DNA from: Anaerovoracaceae bacterium
Lineage (GTDB): Bacteria; Bacillota; Clostridia; Oscillospirales; Acutalibacteraceae
Reading direction: 5' to 3'
Assembly (NCBI GenBank): GCA_963590415.1
Contig: CAVAPB010000002.1
Location: 23,665 to 87,664 of the forward strand
DNA: 64,000 nucleotides
The notes under the pieces are model-generated. The model had not been told where the DNA came from and searched no databases. It was given only the letters and a program-made list of their open reading frames with translations. Both the position numbers and the translations under genes were made by a program. Below, piece after piece: positions 29,112 through 38,806 of this stretch (position 1 is the stretch's first letter; each line of letters begins with the position of its first letter).

Positions 29112-30467
29112 TTACTCCTCCGTTTTTTCAGTTAAATCCTTAACCCATTTATATTTTTTATAATGCCGATATACAGCCGGCAGTTTGACAATTTCATCTA
29201 AGCTTATTACGAAATATACGGCAATAATCGATGTTTTCAAAACAAACGCGGCAATGAATCCGAGCGGTACTGTAACGCACCACATTGTTATTGTATCGCA
29301 GATAAAGCCGAATTTCGAATCCCCGCCTGCACAGAAAATTCCTGCGATTGTCGTTCCGTTTACCGATTTTCCTATCATATAATACGAACAAATAACAAGC
29401 ATCTGTTTCAAATATCCGCTTGCGGTTTCGCTTAAATCCGTAACATAAATAATCAGCGGACTTACAGCAAGTAAAAACAAGCCTGAAGCGACACCGCAAA
29501 TTATCGACAGCTTGCAAAGCCGTTGACCGTAAGCCTTGGCTTTTTCCAAGTTTCCTGCTCCAAGCTCATTGCCGACAATAATTCCGCTTCCGCTTCCGAG
29601 ACCGAGGCAAAAGCAAGCGACAAGATTTTTTACGATATTGGCAACAGAGTTTGCGGCAACCGCGTCCGTACCCAAATGTCCCATAATAACAGAATACATT
29701 GTAAAGCCGATACCCCAGACAATTTCATTGCCGAGAACCGGAGCGGTATATTTCCAAAAATCGCGCCGTAAAAGCTTACTGCCGTGAATAATATAAGACA
29801 TTCTCAGCTTTACGCTTTCCTTTTTTACCGTTTCGGCAATACACCATACGACCTCAATTATGCGTGCAATGACTGTTGCAAGCGCCGCCCCCGCAATTTC
29901 AAGCTTGGGAAAGCCGAACAGTCCGAAAATAAATACGGCGTTAAGAACAATGTTGACAATTACGCTCACACAGCTTATGGCACTTGATTTTGCGGCTTTG
30001 CCTGTATTTTTTAGAGTACAAAGAAAAATCTGTGATATTCCCGTTAAGAAAAACGACAAAGATACGGTTCTTAAATAAATTGCTCCTGCGTCAATCAAAG
30101 ATGAATCATTTGTAAAAATACTCATCAATACATTCGGGAATAACAAACACGCTATAAAGAACAAAAAAGAAACCAACGCCGTGATTTTCATTACATATGC
30201 AAAGATTTTTTCAACCGACGCATTATCCCTTTTGCCCCAATACTGCGCGGCAAGCATTGAAAGACCTATAGTCATGGCGGCGAAAAAAAGGTTTTCGACA
30301 AAAGTAAGCTGACCTGCGAGCGACACGGCTGACAGTGCATCCTGACGCAGCATCCCGAGCATAAGCGCATCGGACGCACTTACAAGAGCCAGCATAAATT
30401 GCTGAAATGCAATCGGAAGAACAAGTGTGATTAACTTTTTGGAAAATGACCTATCCTTTCTGCTCAC
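29112..30467 (-). CDS. MATE family efflux transporter
   Basis: About 451 aa with 12 TM helices and typical MATE N-terminal sequence. The ORF opens at TTG 30473, but GTG 30467 has GGAGG 9 nt upstream. Confidence 0.85.
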   Translation of the reverse strand: MSRKDRSFSKKLITLVLPIAFQQFMLALVSASDALMLGMLRQDALSAVSLAGQLTFVENLFFAAMTIGLSMLAAQYWGKRDNASVEKIFAYVMKITALVSFLFFIACLLFPNVLMSIFTNDSSLIDAGAIYLRTVSLSFFLTGISQIFLCTLKNTGKAAKSSAISCVSVIVNIVLNAVFIFGLFGFPKLEIAGAALATVIARIIEVVWCIAETVKKESVKLRMSYIIHGSKLLRRDFWKYTAPVLGNEIVWGIGFTMYSVIMGHLGTDAVAANSVANIVKNLVACFCLGLGSGSGIIVGNELGAGNLEKAKAYGQRLCKLSIICGVASGLFLLAVSPLIIYVTDLSETASGYLKQMLVICSYYMIGKSVNGTTIAGIFCAGGDSKFGFICDTITMWCVTVPLGFIAAFVLKTSIIAVYFVISLDEIVKLPAVYRHYKKYKWVKDLTEKTEE

Positions 30468-30584
30468 TGTCAAATACCTCCGATTGACTTAACCGTCATA
30501 TTTCATTATAATTATATAGTGAATATCAGCTGAATTCAATCAATATTCTGCGATATTCAATAACAATCCTGCGAGGTAAAGTAT

Positions 30585-31460
30585 ATGCTTTCAGTTGATG
30601 TGAATGATGATTACTCCGAAATTGTCCGCTACACCTATAAAGAATATCCTATTTATATAAGAAAGGCATTTCTTTCATCCTATGATAATTTTGAAGCACC
30701 GCCGCATTGGCACGACGATATAGAATTTATAGCGGTTTTACGGGGCGAAATGAATTATAACATCAACGGAGAAATTATCACCGTAAGACAAAATGAAGGC
30801 GTACTTGTAAATTCAAGACAGCTTCATTACGGTTTTTCACAAGCCAAGAACGAATGTGAATTTATCTGCATTCTGATACATCCGATGATGCTTTGCATAT
30901 CGCAGGCGTTTGAAGAAAAATTTGTTGTTCCTCTTTTGAAAAATCAGAATACACCTTATATTAAGTTATCCGATAACGCTGAGTGGAAAAAGGAAATATA
31001 CCGTTGCATATTATGTATGTATGAACAAAGAAGCTTCATATCCGCCCCTCTGGCAATCTCATCGCTGTTTTTGAGAATATGGTCGCTGATTTTTGAGAAT
31101 ACGAACATTTCCGTCTCCCGTCAATTTCAAAACAACGACTTTACGGTTTTGAAAAATATGATCGGCTTCATTCAAAAATTTTATAGGAATAAAATCACGC
31201 TTGAAGACATCGCCAAAGCGGGAGCTATCGGACAGAGCAAATGCTGTAAGCTGTTTGAAAAGCACATAGGTACAACTCCAAATGCTTATTTAATTCAATA
31301 CAGACTCCACCAAAGCACTTGGTTTCTGAAAGACACCGATATGCCGATAACACAAATTGCAGACGCTGTCGGCTTTTCCGGAAGCAGTTATTATGCGGAA
31401 GCATTCAGAAAGCACTACGGGAAAAGCCCTACCGAATACAGAAAAATCTACTCGGAATAA
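30585..31460 (+). CDS. AraC family transcriptional regulator (cupin sensor + HTH)
   Basis: N-terminal cupin (PPHWHDDIEF) and C-terminal HTH_18 (ITQIADAVGFSGSSYYAEAFRKHYGKSPTEYR). It is divergent from the MATE gene. Confidence 0.85.
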   Translation: MLSVDVNDDYSEIVRYTYKEYPIYIRKAFLSSYDNFEAPPHWHDDIEFIAVLRGEMNYNINGEIITVRQNEGVLVNSRQLHYGFSQAKNECEFICILIHPMMLCISQAFEEKFVVPLLKNQNTPYIKLSDNAEWKKEIYRCILCMYEQRSFISAPLAISSLFLRIWSLIFENTNISVSRQFQNNDFTVLKNMIGFIQKFYRNKITLEDIAKAGAIGQSKCCKLFEKHIGTTPNAYLIQYRLHQSTWFLKDTDMPITQIADAVGFSGSSYYAEAFRKHYGKSPTEYRKIYSE

Positions 31461-31474
31461 ACATTCATAAAAAA

Positions 31475-31515
31475 ACGCTCCTGCCGAAGTATAGCTTCAA
31501 CAGGAGCAGTTTTTA
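31475..31515. terminator. Putative bidirectional terminator
   Basis: AAAAAACGCTCCTG-17 nt-CAGGAGCAGTTTTT between convergent genes. Confidence 0.55.
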
Positions 31516-31534
31516 TACCATATTGTTTGTTTAA

Positions 31535-32773
31535 TTACTGCTTAGCACCGTTATCAAACATTTCAAGAGCCTTTACGGAAGCTGCAAAGCAGTTTGCAAG
31601 TCCCTGAGGATTCATGTTGTCGTATGTATCTCTTCTTGTGTGATAATAGTTTTCGAGCTTATGGTTAAGACCGGTTACGCCGGTTGCACGGAAGCCTGCC
31701 TGTGCAAACGCCGCTGAATCTGTCGCTCCGCCAAGCGGAGGAACCCAACCCTTTTTGCAAGGAACGCCGATAGCCGCGGCAGCCTCCATATAAAGGTCGG
31801 AAACATCCTTGTCAACTTTAACCGTACCGTTGAGGTCACGGTAATTCGTCATAAGATATTTCGGGTCAAAAATCGTATCGTATGAAATAATGAATGTGGG
31901 AACATCGTTAAAATCATTCTTATGAGCCTCGCACCAAGCTTTTGAGCCTCTGAGTCCTGCTTCCTCCGAGCCTGTAATAACAACGCCGAGTTCGGTATTT
32001 TCAAGCTCAATACCCTCATCCTTAAGAGCCTTGAGAATTGCAATACCCATATAGCAGCCTGTAAGGTTATCGTTAGCGCCGTCAACGATTCTGTGTCTGT
32101 TCCACATCCAATAAAGACCTACAAGGAAAGGAACGAAAAGAAGTCCCCAAAGAGCAACCTTCGTAAACCCGTCGGCAAAATCAATAACGCCGAACGCTCT
32201 TCCGTTCACGCAAGCAATTATTGAAAGCACAAGATAGAAAACAGCACCGATACCGCAGATTACGGCATGGCTCTCAAAAGCAACTCCTCCGAGCGCATAG
32301 TTGACGGGCCATTCCCAGCATGCATCCGAGTGACCGTTGAACATAATGCGGCGTTTAACCTCACCCGTGGGCTTTTTGATGGCCGTTACATTATGACCTG
32401 TTTTTTCGGGGAAAAATCTGTCAACGAACTTCTTATAGAGACCGAACTGCATAAATGCAATGAAAAGACCTGCAACAATAAGAATTGCCGAAATTACAGG
32501 CGCAACAAAAAAGAGAGCGATTGCAATGAGCACAAAAGTGATTGTAAAGAATATCCAGCCGAAAAACGAGCCGGGATTTTCCTTAAACGACTCAACCTCG
32601 GCACTGTCGCATCCGCAATCCTTTTTAAGGACTTCAGCCATATACTCACTAGCCTGAAGTTCACCCTTTGTGCCGGGGCTTCTTGTTTCAAAGTCCTTAC
32701 AGATATGAGTGATTTCATCAATCATATACTGTGCGGCTTCGTCTTTTTTGTCAATAATTTTTGTTAAATCCAT
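31535..32773 (-). CDS. M28 family metallopeptidase with internal TM segments
   Basis: NGHSDACWEW, DNLTGC and GSEEAGLRGS motifs of the M28 co-catalytic zinc peptidase fold, plus several hydrophobic helices. Confidence 0.75.
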   Translation of the reverse strand: MDLTKIIDKKDEAAQYMIDEITHICKDFETRSPGTKGELQASEYMAEVLKKDCGCDSAEVESFKENPGSFFGWIFFTITFVLIAIALFFVAPVISAILIVAGLFIAFMQFGLYKKFVDRFFPEKTGHNVTAIKKPTGEVKRRIMFNGHSDACWEWPVNYALGGVAFESHAVICGIGAVFYLVLSIIACVNGRAFGVIDFADGFTKVALWGLLFVPFLVGLYWMWNRHRIVDGANDNLTGCYMGIAILKALKDEGIELENTELGVVITGSEEAGLRGSKAWCEAHKNDFNDVPTFIISYDTIFDPKYLMTNYRDLNGTVKVDKDVSDLYMEAAAAIGVPCKKGWVPPLGGATDSAAFAQAGFRATGVTGLNHKLENYYHTRRDTYDNMNPQGLANCFAASVKALEMFDNGAKQ

Positions 32774-32918
32774 AACCCAAACCTCCTGTTAATTAACATA
32801 AATATAATATTAGCATAAAAGCAGTTAAATTTCAACAAAAAATTCTTTTTGACTTGCAAAAAAAATGTTTTTTTAATATACTTATATTTATACAGAACAA
32901 AGGAAGTATATTCTATCG

Positions 32919-33599
32919 ATGAACATAACCCCCGAAGCGCTTGATTTTCTTTTTGAAAACAGGCTGAAAGACAGTAAAGAGTGGTACAAAGAGCATAAGG
33001 ATATCCATAAAAAGCTTGTTGTCGAACCTTTTCGTGAGTTTATATTAAAGGTTGAACCGTACATAAACGAAATCGACCCCACAATCGTATGCAATCCGAA
33101 AAGAATATCCCGAATATACCGCGACACACGGTTTTCAAAGGATAAAACAGTATTCAGGGATAACCAGTGGTATTGCTTTATGCATGGTAAGGAGCTTTAT
33201 GAGGGCTTACCCTCCTTTTTCTTTGATTTTTCACCTCGCGGATTTATATACGGCTGCGGATACTATAAGGCAGGCAAAGGAAGTATTGAAGCCCTGCGCT
33301 CACTTGTGCTCAAGAAGGATAAGACTTACCTTGAAGCGAGAAAGACGGTCGAATCGGACCCCAAATACATTCTCGAATGTAATCCTTATAAAAAAGAGCA
33401 TTTCCCGAGCGCCGACGAAACGGATCGCCCGTGGCTCAATATAAGAGATTTCTGCGTTATTGTCGAAAGCGCTGATTTCAACTTACTGTTCAGCGAAAAC
33501 CTCGGCGACGAAATCGGGAAAGAGTTTGTTAAGCTCAAGCCGGTATATGATTTTTTGATGAAATCCGAAAGCATAAACACCGCAAGACTGAAAAAATAA
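32919..33599 (+). CDS. DUF2461 (TIGR02453) family protein
   Basis: 226 aa with FLFENRLKDSKEWYKEHK and RIYRDTRFSKDKT motifs. Confidence 0.75.
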   Translation: MNITPEALDFLFENRLKDSKEWYKEHKDIHKKLVVEPFREFILKVEPYINEIDPTIVCNPKRISRIYRDTRFSKDKTVFRDNQWYCFMHGKELYEGLPSFFFDFSPRGFIYGCGYYKAGKGSIEALRSLVLKKDKTYLEARKTVESDPKYILECNPYKKEHFPSADETDRPWLNIRDFCVIVESADFNLLFSENLGDEIGKEFVKLKPVYDFLMKSESINTARLKK

Positions 33600-33608
33600 A
33601 GGTAAGAA

Positions 33609-34469
33609 GTGATAAGCATAAAAAGCAACAAATTAAAAAAGACGGTCAGCATTTTTGCTGCAATAACAGACTTACTGCTGTTTATTATTAAAATATATAT
33701 TGCTATCTCATCTAACAGCATCAGTATTTATGTCGACTCGTTAAACTCGCTTGCAGACACTTTCGTTTGCCTGTTTGCGTTTATCGGATTTATCGTCAGT
33801 GCTGTCGAACCGAATGAGAAATATCCTTTCGGATACGGCAAGACAGAAGAACTTATCAATTTGCTTTTGTCAACGGTAATACTTATGACAGGCTTTGTAT
33901 TCGTTTATACATCGCTTCAGAGACTTATGTATCCCGTCCCCGTATGGTACTCGACAAAATATGCCGCTGTCATAGGCGGTACGGCGCTTGTCAAGCTGAT
34001 AATGGGCATTGTTTTCAACCGTATTGACAAAAAGCATAAATCCGATATTATAAAAAATTTAAGCGTCGACAGTTTCCTTGACTTCTTTATGTCGTTCTGC
34101 ATTGTAATTTCGTTTACTCTGACATCGAAATTCGGCTATGCGATAGATTCAGTCATGGGGCTTGTCGCTTCGTTTGTTATAATTATCAGCGGTATAAAAT
34201 CTTTTTTGGCATCGTGTAAGGTCATAATCGGCAAGCGAGATGACAGAGCCTGTGAAAAAGCGGAAACCGTTATTAAGAAAATTGACGGCGTTGCGAAAAT
34301 AAACGACATTCAATGCCACACATACGGCGACCGGAAAATCATAACTGCGGAAATAACAGTTTCGTGCAGTACCGCAAAAGAGAGTGCGGAGCTGACACAG
34401 CTGTTAAAAAATATTATAAAAAACAAATTAGGTTACGATTTACAAGTAACCGTCGGAGGAGTTCTATGA
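33609..34469 (+). CDS. Cation diffusion facilitator (CDF) family transporter
   Basis: 286 aa with six TM helices plus a C-terminal cytoplasmic domain. It has a GTG start, and its stop overlaps the next gene (ATGA). Confidence 0.7.
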   Translation: MISIKSNKLKKTVSIFAAITDLLLFIIKIYIAISSNSISIYVDSLNSLADTFVCLFAFIGFIVSAVEPNEKYPFGYGKTEELINLLLSTVILMTGFVFVYTSLQRLMYPVPVWYSTKYAAVIGGTALVKLIMGIVFNRIDKKHKSDIIKNLSVDSFLDFFMSFCIVISFTLTSKFGYAIDSVMGLVASFVIIISGIKSFLASCKVIIGKRDDRACEKAETVIKKIDGVAKINDIQCHTYGDRKIITAEITVSCSTAKESAELTQLLKNIIKNKLGYDLQVTVGGVL

Positions 34470-35758
34470 GTGAAAAAGTAAAAACTAAGGGAAAGCACAA
34501 GAAAAGATTTTTGAAGTTCTTGTGTATCTTTTTGTGCGTTATAGTCGTTTACGCTGCTGTTACGACCGTAATCACGCTTATCGGATTAAAAGCCAACAAA
34601 AACAAAATTAAGACATTTTCAAAGGTTGAATATGAAAACCAGCTTGTTCCCGAAAACTACGATAACGGTTGCTGGAATATACGGACGGATAACGACGTAA
34701 AGGTTGTTCAGCTTACCGATGTACATATCGGCGGCGGCTATCTTTCGATAAATAAGGACTCAAAAGCAATCAATGCGGTTGCGGCTATGCTTACCGCCGA
34801 AAAGCCAGACCTTGTTATCGTAACCGGAGACATTTCCTACCCCGTTCCGTTCCAGGCAGGAACCTTCAACAACAAATCCGCCGCAGTTCTCTTTGCAGAG
34901 CTTATGGAGTCTCTCGGGGTTTATTGGACGGTTTGCTACGGAAACCACGACACGGAGTCTTACAGCTATTATTCGAGAGAGCAGCTTACCGAAATTTATT
35001 CAAGCGGCGATTATCCTCACTGCCTTTTACAGGCAGGTCCGGAGGATGTTGACGGCTGCGGCAATCAGGTTATAAACATTGTAAATTCCGACAATGTAAT
35101 TACCCGTTCGTTTATTCTGTTTGATTCACATTCATATATTGACGGAGACATTTTCGGAATCGCGTGGAAGTATGATAATATCCACGACAACCAGATTGAA
35201 TGGTACAAAAACACCGTTAAATCTCTTACCGAGCAGAACGCACAGGCTGTTTCAAAGCTTTCCGCCGAGAGAGCGGCTCTGTACGACACCTCATCTCCGG
35301 TCAAGACCTCTGCATTTATGCACATTCCGCTCAACGAATACAGAACAGCATGGAACGAATATGTCGACAACGGATACAAAGACGATGAAAATATTACCTA
35401 TAATTACGGTACTGCCGGAGAGAGCGGTAAGGTAGTTTACTGCGGTATCAATGACGATATGCTTTTTGAAACCATGTTAGAGCTCGGCTCTACCGATTCT
35501 GTCTTTTGCGGTCACGACCATCTGAACAACTTCTCGATTAACTACAAGTCAATAAATCTCAACTACGGTATGAGCATCGACTACCTTGCTTACAGCGGTA
35601 TTTCAAGAATAGGTTCACAGCGCGGTTGCGGTATTTTGAGCATTGACACTCAAGGAAACCTTACATCGAGGAACGAAAACTATTATCAGGATAAATACCT
35701 CTCCAAATATGCAAAAGAAGAGGTTACAATGCAGGTACTCAACGAAGATATGCAGTGA
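34466..35758 (+). CDS. Membrane-anchored metallophosphoesterase (calcineurin-like)
   Basis: An N-terminal TM helix followed by LTDVHIGG, TGDISYP, GNHD and GHDH motifs. The ORF track extends to 34313, but that part overlaps the CDF gene. Confidence 0.8.
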   Translation: MSEKVKTKGKHKKRFLKFLCIFLCVIVVYAAVTTVITLIGLKANKNKIKTFSKVEYENQLVPENYDNGCWNIRTDNDVKVVQLTDVHIGGGYLSINKDSKAINAVAAMLTAEKPDLVIVTGDISYPVPFQAGTFNNKSAAVLFAELMESLGVYWTVCYGNHDTESYSYYSREQLTEIYSSGDYPHCLLQAGPEDVDGCGNQVINIVNSDNVITRSFILFDSHSYIDGDIFGIAWKYDNIHDNQIEWYKNTVKSLTEQNAQAVSKLSAERAALYDTSSPVKTSAFMHIPLNEYRTAWNEYVDNGYKDDENITYNYGTAGESGKVVYCGINDDMLFETMLELGSTDSVFCGHDHLNNFSINYKSINLNYGMSIDYLAYSGISRIGSQRGCGILSIDTQGNLTSRNENYYQDKYLSKYAKEEVTMQVLNEDMQ

Positions 35759-35999
35759 TAATTCCCTGCTTCCGCTCAATAAGCGCAGCCGACTCTGTAA
35801 AATCGGCTGCGCTGCATTTCAAAATTACGGAAAGAAACTTAAAACAACGGCAGACGCATAATTGTCAGTCGGTAAAATTCGGAAAACCTAACAAAAATAT
35901 TTTTTTGCTTTTTTTCGATTGACATTTTTATGAATTTATTGTAAATTATAAGAGTATTATTTTGCAAAATTGTCTTAAGCATTGAAAGGGGAAAAAACA

Positions 36000-37007
36000 A
36001 TGGCAAAAAAAGAAAAGATTCCGTCAACACCGGAGTCCCGTGCAAAGAAACTCGCAGATAAACAGGAAGTGCGTAAAGCTTTCAGAAAGACATTCGTTCC
36101 CGCATTGGCAATCTGTCTTTCTCTTTTACTTATATACTCTGTTTGTTACATATCCTTCTTTGATCCCGATAAGGAATTGGCAGATACGGCTGTAACAACC
36201 GTTAATTCGAACAACTCGGGCAGCAGTTCATCGAGTTCGTCAAGCAGTTCAAGCAGCTCAAGCTCGTCAAGCGGTTCAAGCTCATCAAGCGACTCCTCAA
36301 GCAGTTCTTCATCCTCAAGTGATAGCGCAGCTGCTTCAAACGGAAGCGTTACAGAGCTTTCTGCTTCAAGCTCAACAGCTGATATAGTTTCTTATTTCAA
36401 TACGGCAATCAACAAGGTTAAACCCAATGCTAAACAGATTACTCTTAACAAAGAAGTAAACAGCAAGGAGGGTTCAATTGAAGGTAACCTTCCCTCCTCT
36501 CTTACGAGCATGGCGGACAAACTTGTTGAAGACAATATGGGCGAAAAAGATCTTTCATCTCTTGATCCCGGTGCAGTAAATGCTACGACAGTTGACCAAA
36601 AGAATGCTATGTTCCCTGTTGAGAGCGAAAGCTGGTCAAGCCAGCTTACGGCAGATGATGTCGATAATGCTTCTGTTACCGACAACGGAAGCACTTATGA
36701 AATTACAATAAATGTTAAGGCTGATGACCCGAGCGAATCAACAGCTCACGGTCAGGGACATAACGGCAAGGTGTTCTCGGTAATTATGCCCTCCATCGTT
36801 ACGGACAATGCCGGTCCTGCCGCAAGCATTATTAAGGAAGTTAAGACCGGACATAAGGACGGCAAGGTTGTTGTTACAGTTGACAAGGCAACAGGAAATG
36901 TTACACACGCAAATTACTACTTTGTATGGACTCTTTCCGTTAAAGCTTTAGGCGCAAGCGTTTCAATTCCCTTTGGACTTCAGAAAGACTTTACCATCAC
37001 TTGGTAA
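36000..37007 (+). CDS. Hypothetical membrane-anchored protein with poly-serine linker
   Basis: ATG 36000 follows a GAAAGGGG SD. The layout is one TM helix (FVPALAICLSLLLIYSVCYISFF), a Ser-rich linker of about 35 residues, and a ~230-aa globular domain I cannot assign. Confidence 0.6.
   Translation: MAKKEKIPSTPESRAKKLADKQEVRKAFRKTFVPALAICLSLLLIYSVCYISFFDPDKELADTAVTTVNSNNSGSSSSSSSSSSSSSSSSSGSSSSSDSSSSSSSSSDSAAASNGSVTELSASSSTADIVSYFNTAINKVKPNAKQITLNKEVNSKEGSIEGNLPSSLTSMADKLVEDNMGEKDLSSLDPGAVNATTVDQKNAMFPVESESWSSQLTADDVDNASVTDNGSTYEITINVKADDPSESTAHGQGHNGKVFSVIMPSIVTDNAGPAASIIKEVKTGHKDGKVVVTVDKATGNVTHANYYFVWTLSVKALGASVSIPFGLQKDFTITW
36222..36326 (+). repeat. Low-complexity serine-codon tract (17 S, G, 5 S, D, 9 S, D, S)
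   Basis: Read directly as agc agt tca tcg agt tcg tca agc and so on. Mixed AGC/AGT/TCN codons form imperfect 6-9-nt tandem units (tcaagc repeated). Confidence 0.9.
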
Positions 37008-37021
37008 CGGAAAAGAATCAC

Positions 37022-37055
37022 AAATGCTCTCTGAGAAATCGGAGGGCATTTTTTA
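37022..37055 (+). terminator. Intrinsic terminator after the Ser-rich gene
   Basis: ATGCTCTC-10 nt-GGAGGGCAT followed by TTTTTT. Confidence 0.6.
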
Positions 37056-37075
37056 GTATTTGTTTTGTGAATTCA

Positions 37076-37103
37076 TTGACAATATCGCTATATATGGTAT
37101 AAT
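37076..37103 (+). promoter_or_regulatory. SigmaA-type promoter
   Basis: TTGACA-16 nt-TATAAT lies about 40 nt upstream of ATG 37143. Confidence 0.6.
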
Positions 37104-37142
37104 TAGAGTACTATATTATATTTTTATATGAGGTGGAAGATT

Positions 37143-38708
37143 ATGGCAGATAAGAAAACCGTAATGCTCACCGGCGGCTCTGGAAATATGGGCTATGCAG
37201 GTTTCAAAGAGCTTTATGCGAAAAAAGACAAGTTCAACATCACGCTCCTTTTGAGAGGCAGTGAGAAGAACAGAGAAAAGTTCAAGGCTTATCTCAACGA
37301 CCCGTCGGTCAGAATTGTATGGGGCGACCTTACAAAGTATGAGGATGTTCTTGACGCCGTAAACGGTGCGGATTATGTTCTCCATGTCGGCGGTATGGTT
37401 TCTCCGACAGCGGACTGGAAGCCTTACAGAACGCAAAAGACAAATATCGGTGCCGCTCAGCACATCTGCGATGCGGTTAAGGCTCAGCCCAATCCGGACG
37501 CTGTTAAGGTTTGTTACATAGGTACTGTTGCCGAGACGGGCGACAGAAACTATCCTATCCATTGGGGCCGTTGCGGTGACCCGCTCAAGGTTTCCATCTA
37601 CGATCACTACGCGGTTTCAAAGTGCCGTGCAGAGGCTGTATTTGTTGAAAGCGGACTCAAAAACTGGGTTGTAATGCGTCAGTCAGGTATCCTCTACCCC
37701 AACATTCTTAAAAATATGGACCCGATTATGTTCCATGTACCGATTAACGGCGTTCTTGAATGGTGTACTGTTGAAGACTCGGGTCGTTTGCTTGCCAACC
37801 TCTGCGATGAGGACGCTAAGGGCAACCTCGGCGGAGACTTCTGGAACCATTTCTTTAACATCGGTTCAGGTAAGGAATACAGAATTTCAAACTATGAATT
37901 TGAGCATCTCCTTCTCGGCACTCTCGGTCTTGCTGGTCCCGAAAAGCTCTTTGACCCCAACTGGTTCATTACAAAGAACTTTCACGGTCAGTTCTATGCA
38001 GACGGCGACAAGCTTGAAAACTTCCTTCACTTCCGTGAAAATCTTCCTGTTAAAGACTATTTCAATCGCCTTGCCGATCAGGTTGAATTCTACTTCAAAA
38101 TTCCGAGATATCTTCCAAAGGGTGTCGTTGCAGCTTGTGCTAAGCCCTTTATGAAGAAAATTGCTTCCACCCCCGATTTCGGTACACTTGACTGGGTTGC
38201 TAAAGACAACAAGGTTCGTCTGAGCGCTTACTTCGGCTCAAAGGCTGAATGGGAAAAGATTCCGTCAAAGTGGGAAGACTTTGAAATCATCAAGTTTGAT
38301 AAGGACAACAGTGCAGCAGAGCAGTATAAGCTTGACCACGGCTATGATGAATCAAAGCCGGAATCGGAGCTTGACATCAACGATATGAAACAGGCTGCCG
38401 AGTTCCGTGGCGGCGAATGCCTCTCGGATACAATGACAAAGGGCGATATGGCTACCAAGCTTAAATGGAAATGCGGTCACTGCGGCGCTGAATTTGAAGC
38501 AAGCCCCGCTCTTATCCTCCTCGGCGGACATTGGTGCCCCGAGTGCTATATCCCCCACAAGGCTTGGGATTACGATTCAATCGCAAAGACAAACCCCTTC
38601 TTCGCTCAGGTTTGGTATACAAACCACTCAAAGGATGAGAACAACAAGTATGATTTCGACGAGCTGTTCCACATCAACGGCGTTGCTTGGGACGACATCA
38701 AGAGATAA
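37143..38708 (+). CDS. NAD(P)-binding extended-SDR/epimerase-like protein with a long C-terminal extension ending in a zinc-ribbon
   Basis: N-terminal VMLTGGSGNMGYAG Rossmann motif and a YAVSK catalytic-type motif. The C-terminal KWKCGHCGAEFEASPALILLGGHWCPEC carries four Cys. A GAGGTGGA SD precedes ATG 37143. Confidence 0.7.
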   Translation: MADKKTVMLTGGSGNMGYAGFKELYAKKDKFNITLLLRGSEKNREKFKAYLNDPSVRIVWGDLTKYEDVLDAVNGADYVLHVGGMVSPTADWKPYRTQKTNIGAAQHICDAVKAQPNPDAVKVCYIGTVAETGDRNYPIHWGRCGDPLKVSIYDHYAVSKCRAEAVFVESGLKNWVVMRQSGILYPNILKNMDPIMFHVPINGVLEWCTVEDSGRLLANLCDEDAKGNLGGDFWNHFFNIGSGKEYRISNYEFEHLLLGTLGLAGPEKLFDPNWFITKNFHGQFYADGDKLENFLHFRENLPVKDYFNRLADQVEFYFKIPRYLPKGVVAACAKPFMKKIASTPDFGTLDWVAKDNKVRLSAYFGSKAEWEKIPSKWEDFEIIKFDKDNSAAEQYKLDHGYDESKPESELDINDMKQAAEFRGGECLSDTMTKGDMATKLKWKCGHCGAEFEASPALILLGGHWCPECYIPHKAWDYDSIAKTNPFFAQVWYTNHSKDENNKYDFDELFHINGVAWDDIKR

Positions 38709-38723
38709 TAATCATACAAGAGC

Positions 38724-38758
38724 AAATACCCGACTTACGAAAGTAAGTCGGGTATTTT
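38724..38758. terminator. Bidirectional intrinsic terminator
   Basis: AAATACCCGACTTAC-gaaa-GTAAGTCGGGTATTT (15-bp stem) between convergent genes. Confidence 0.8.
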
Positions 38759-38806
38759 ATAATCATAACCAATAAAAGTCGGTTTTAATTTATTTAACTT
38801 GTCAAA

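Noticed and set aside
34313-34465. N-terminal 51-aa extension of the metallophosphoesterase ORF
   Set aside because: It overlaps the 3' end of the CDF gene in another frame. ATG 34466 forms an ATGA overlap with the CDF stop and begins a sensible Lys-rich cytoplasmic tail plus TM anchor.
36222-36326. Tandem repeat that could be mistaken for a CRISPR or satellite element
   Set aside because: It is in frame within a CDS and encodes poly-Ser. The units are 6-9 nt, imperfect, and have no spacers.
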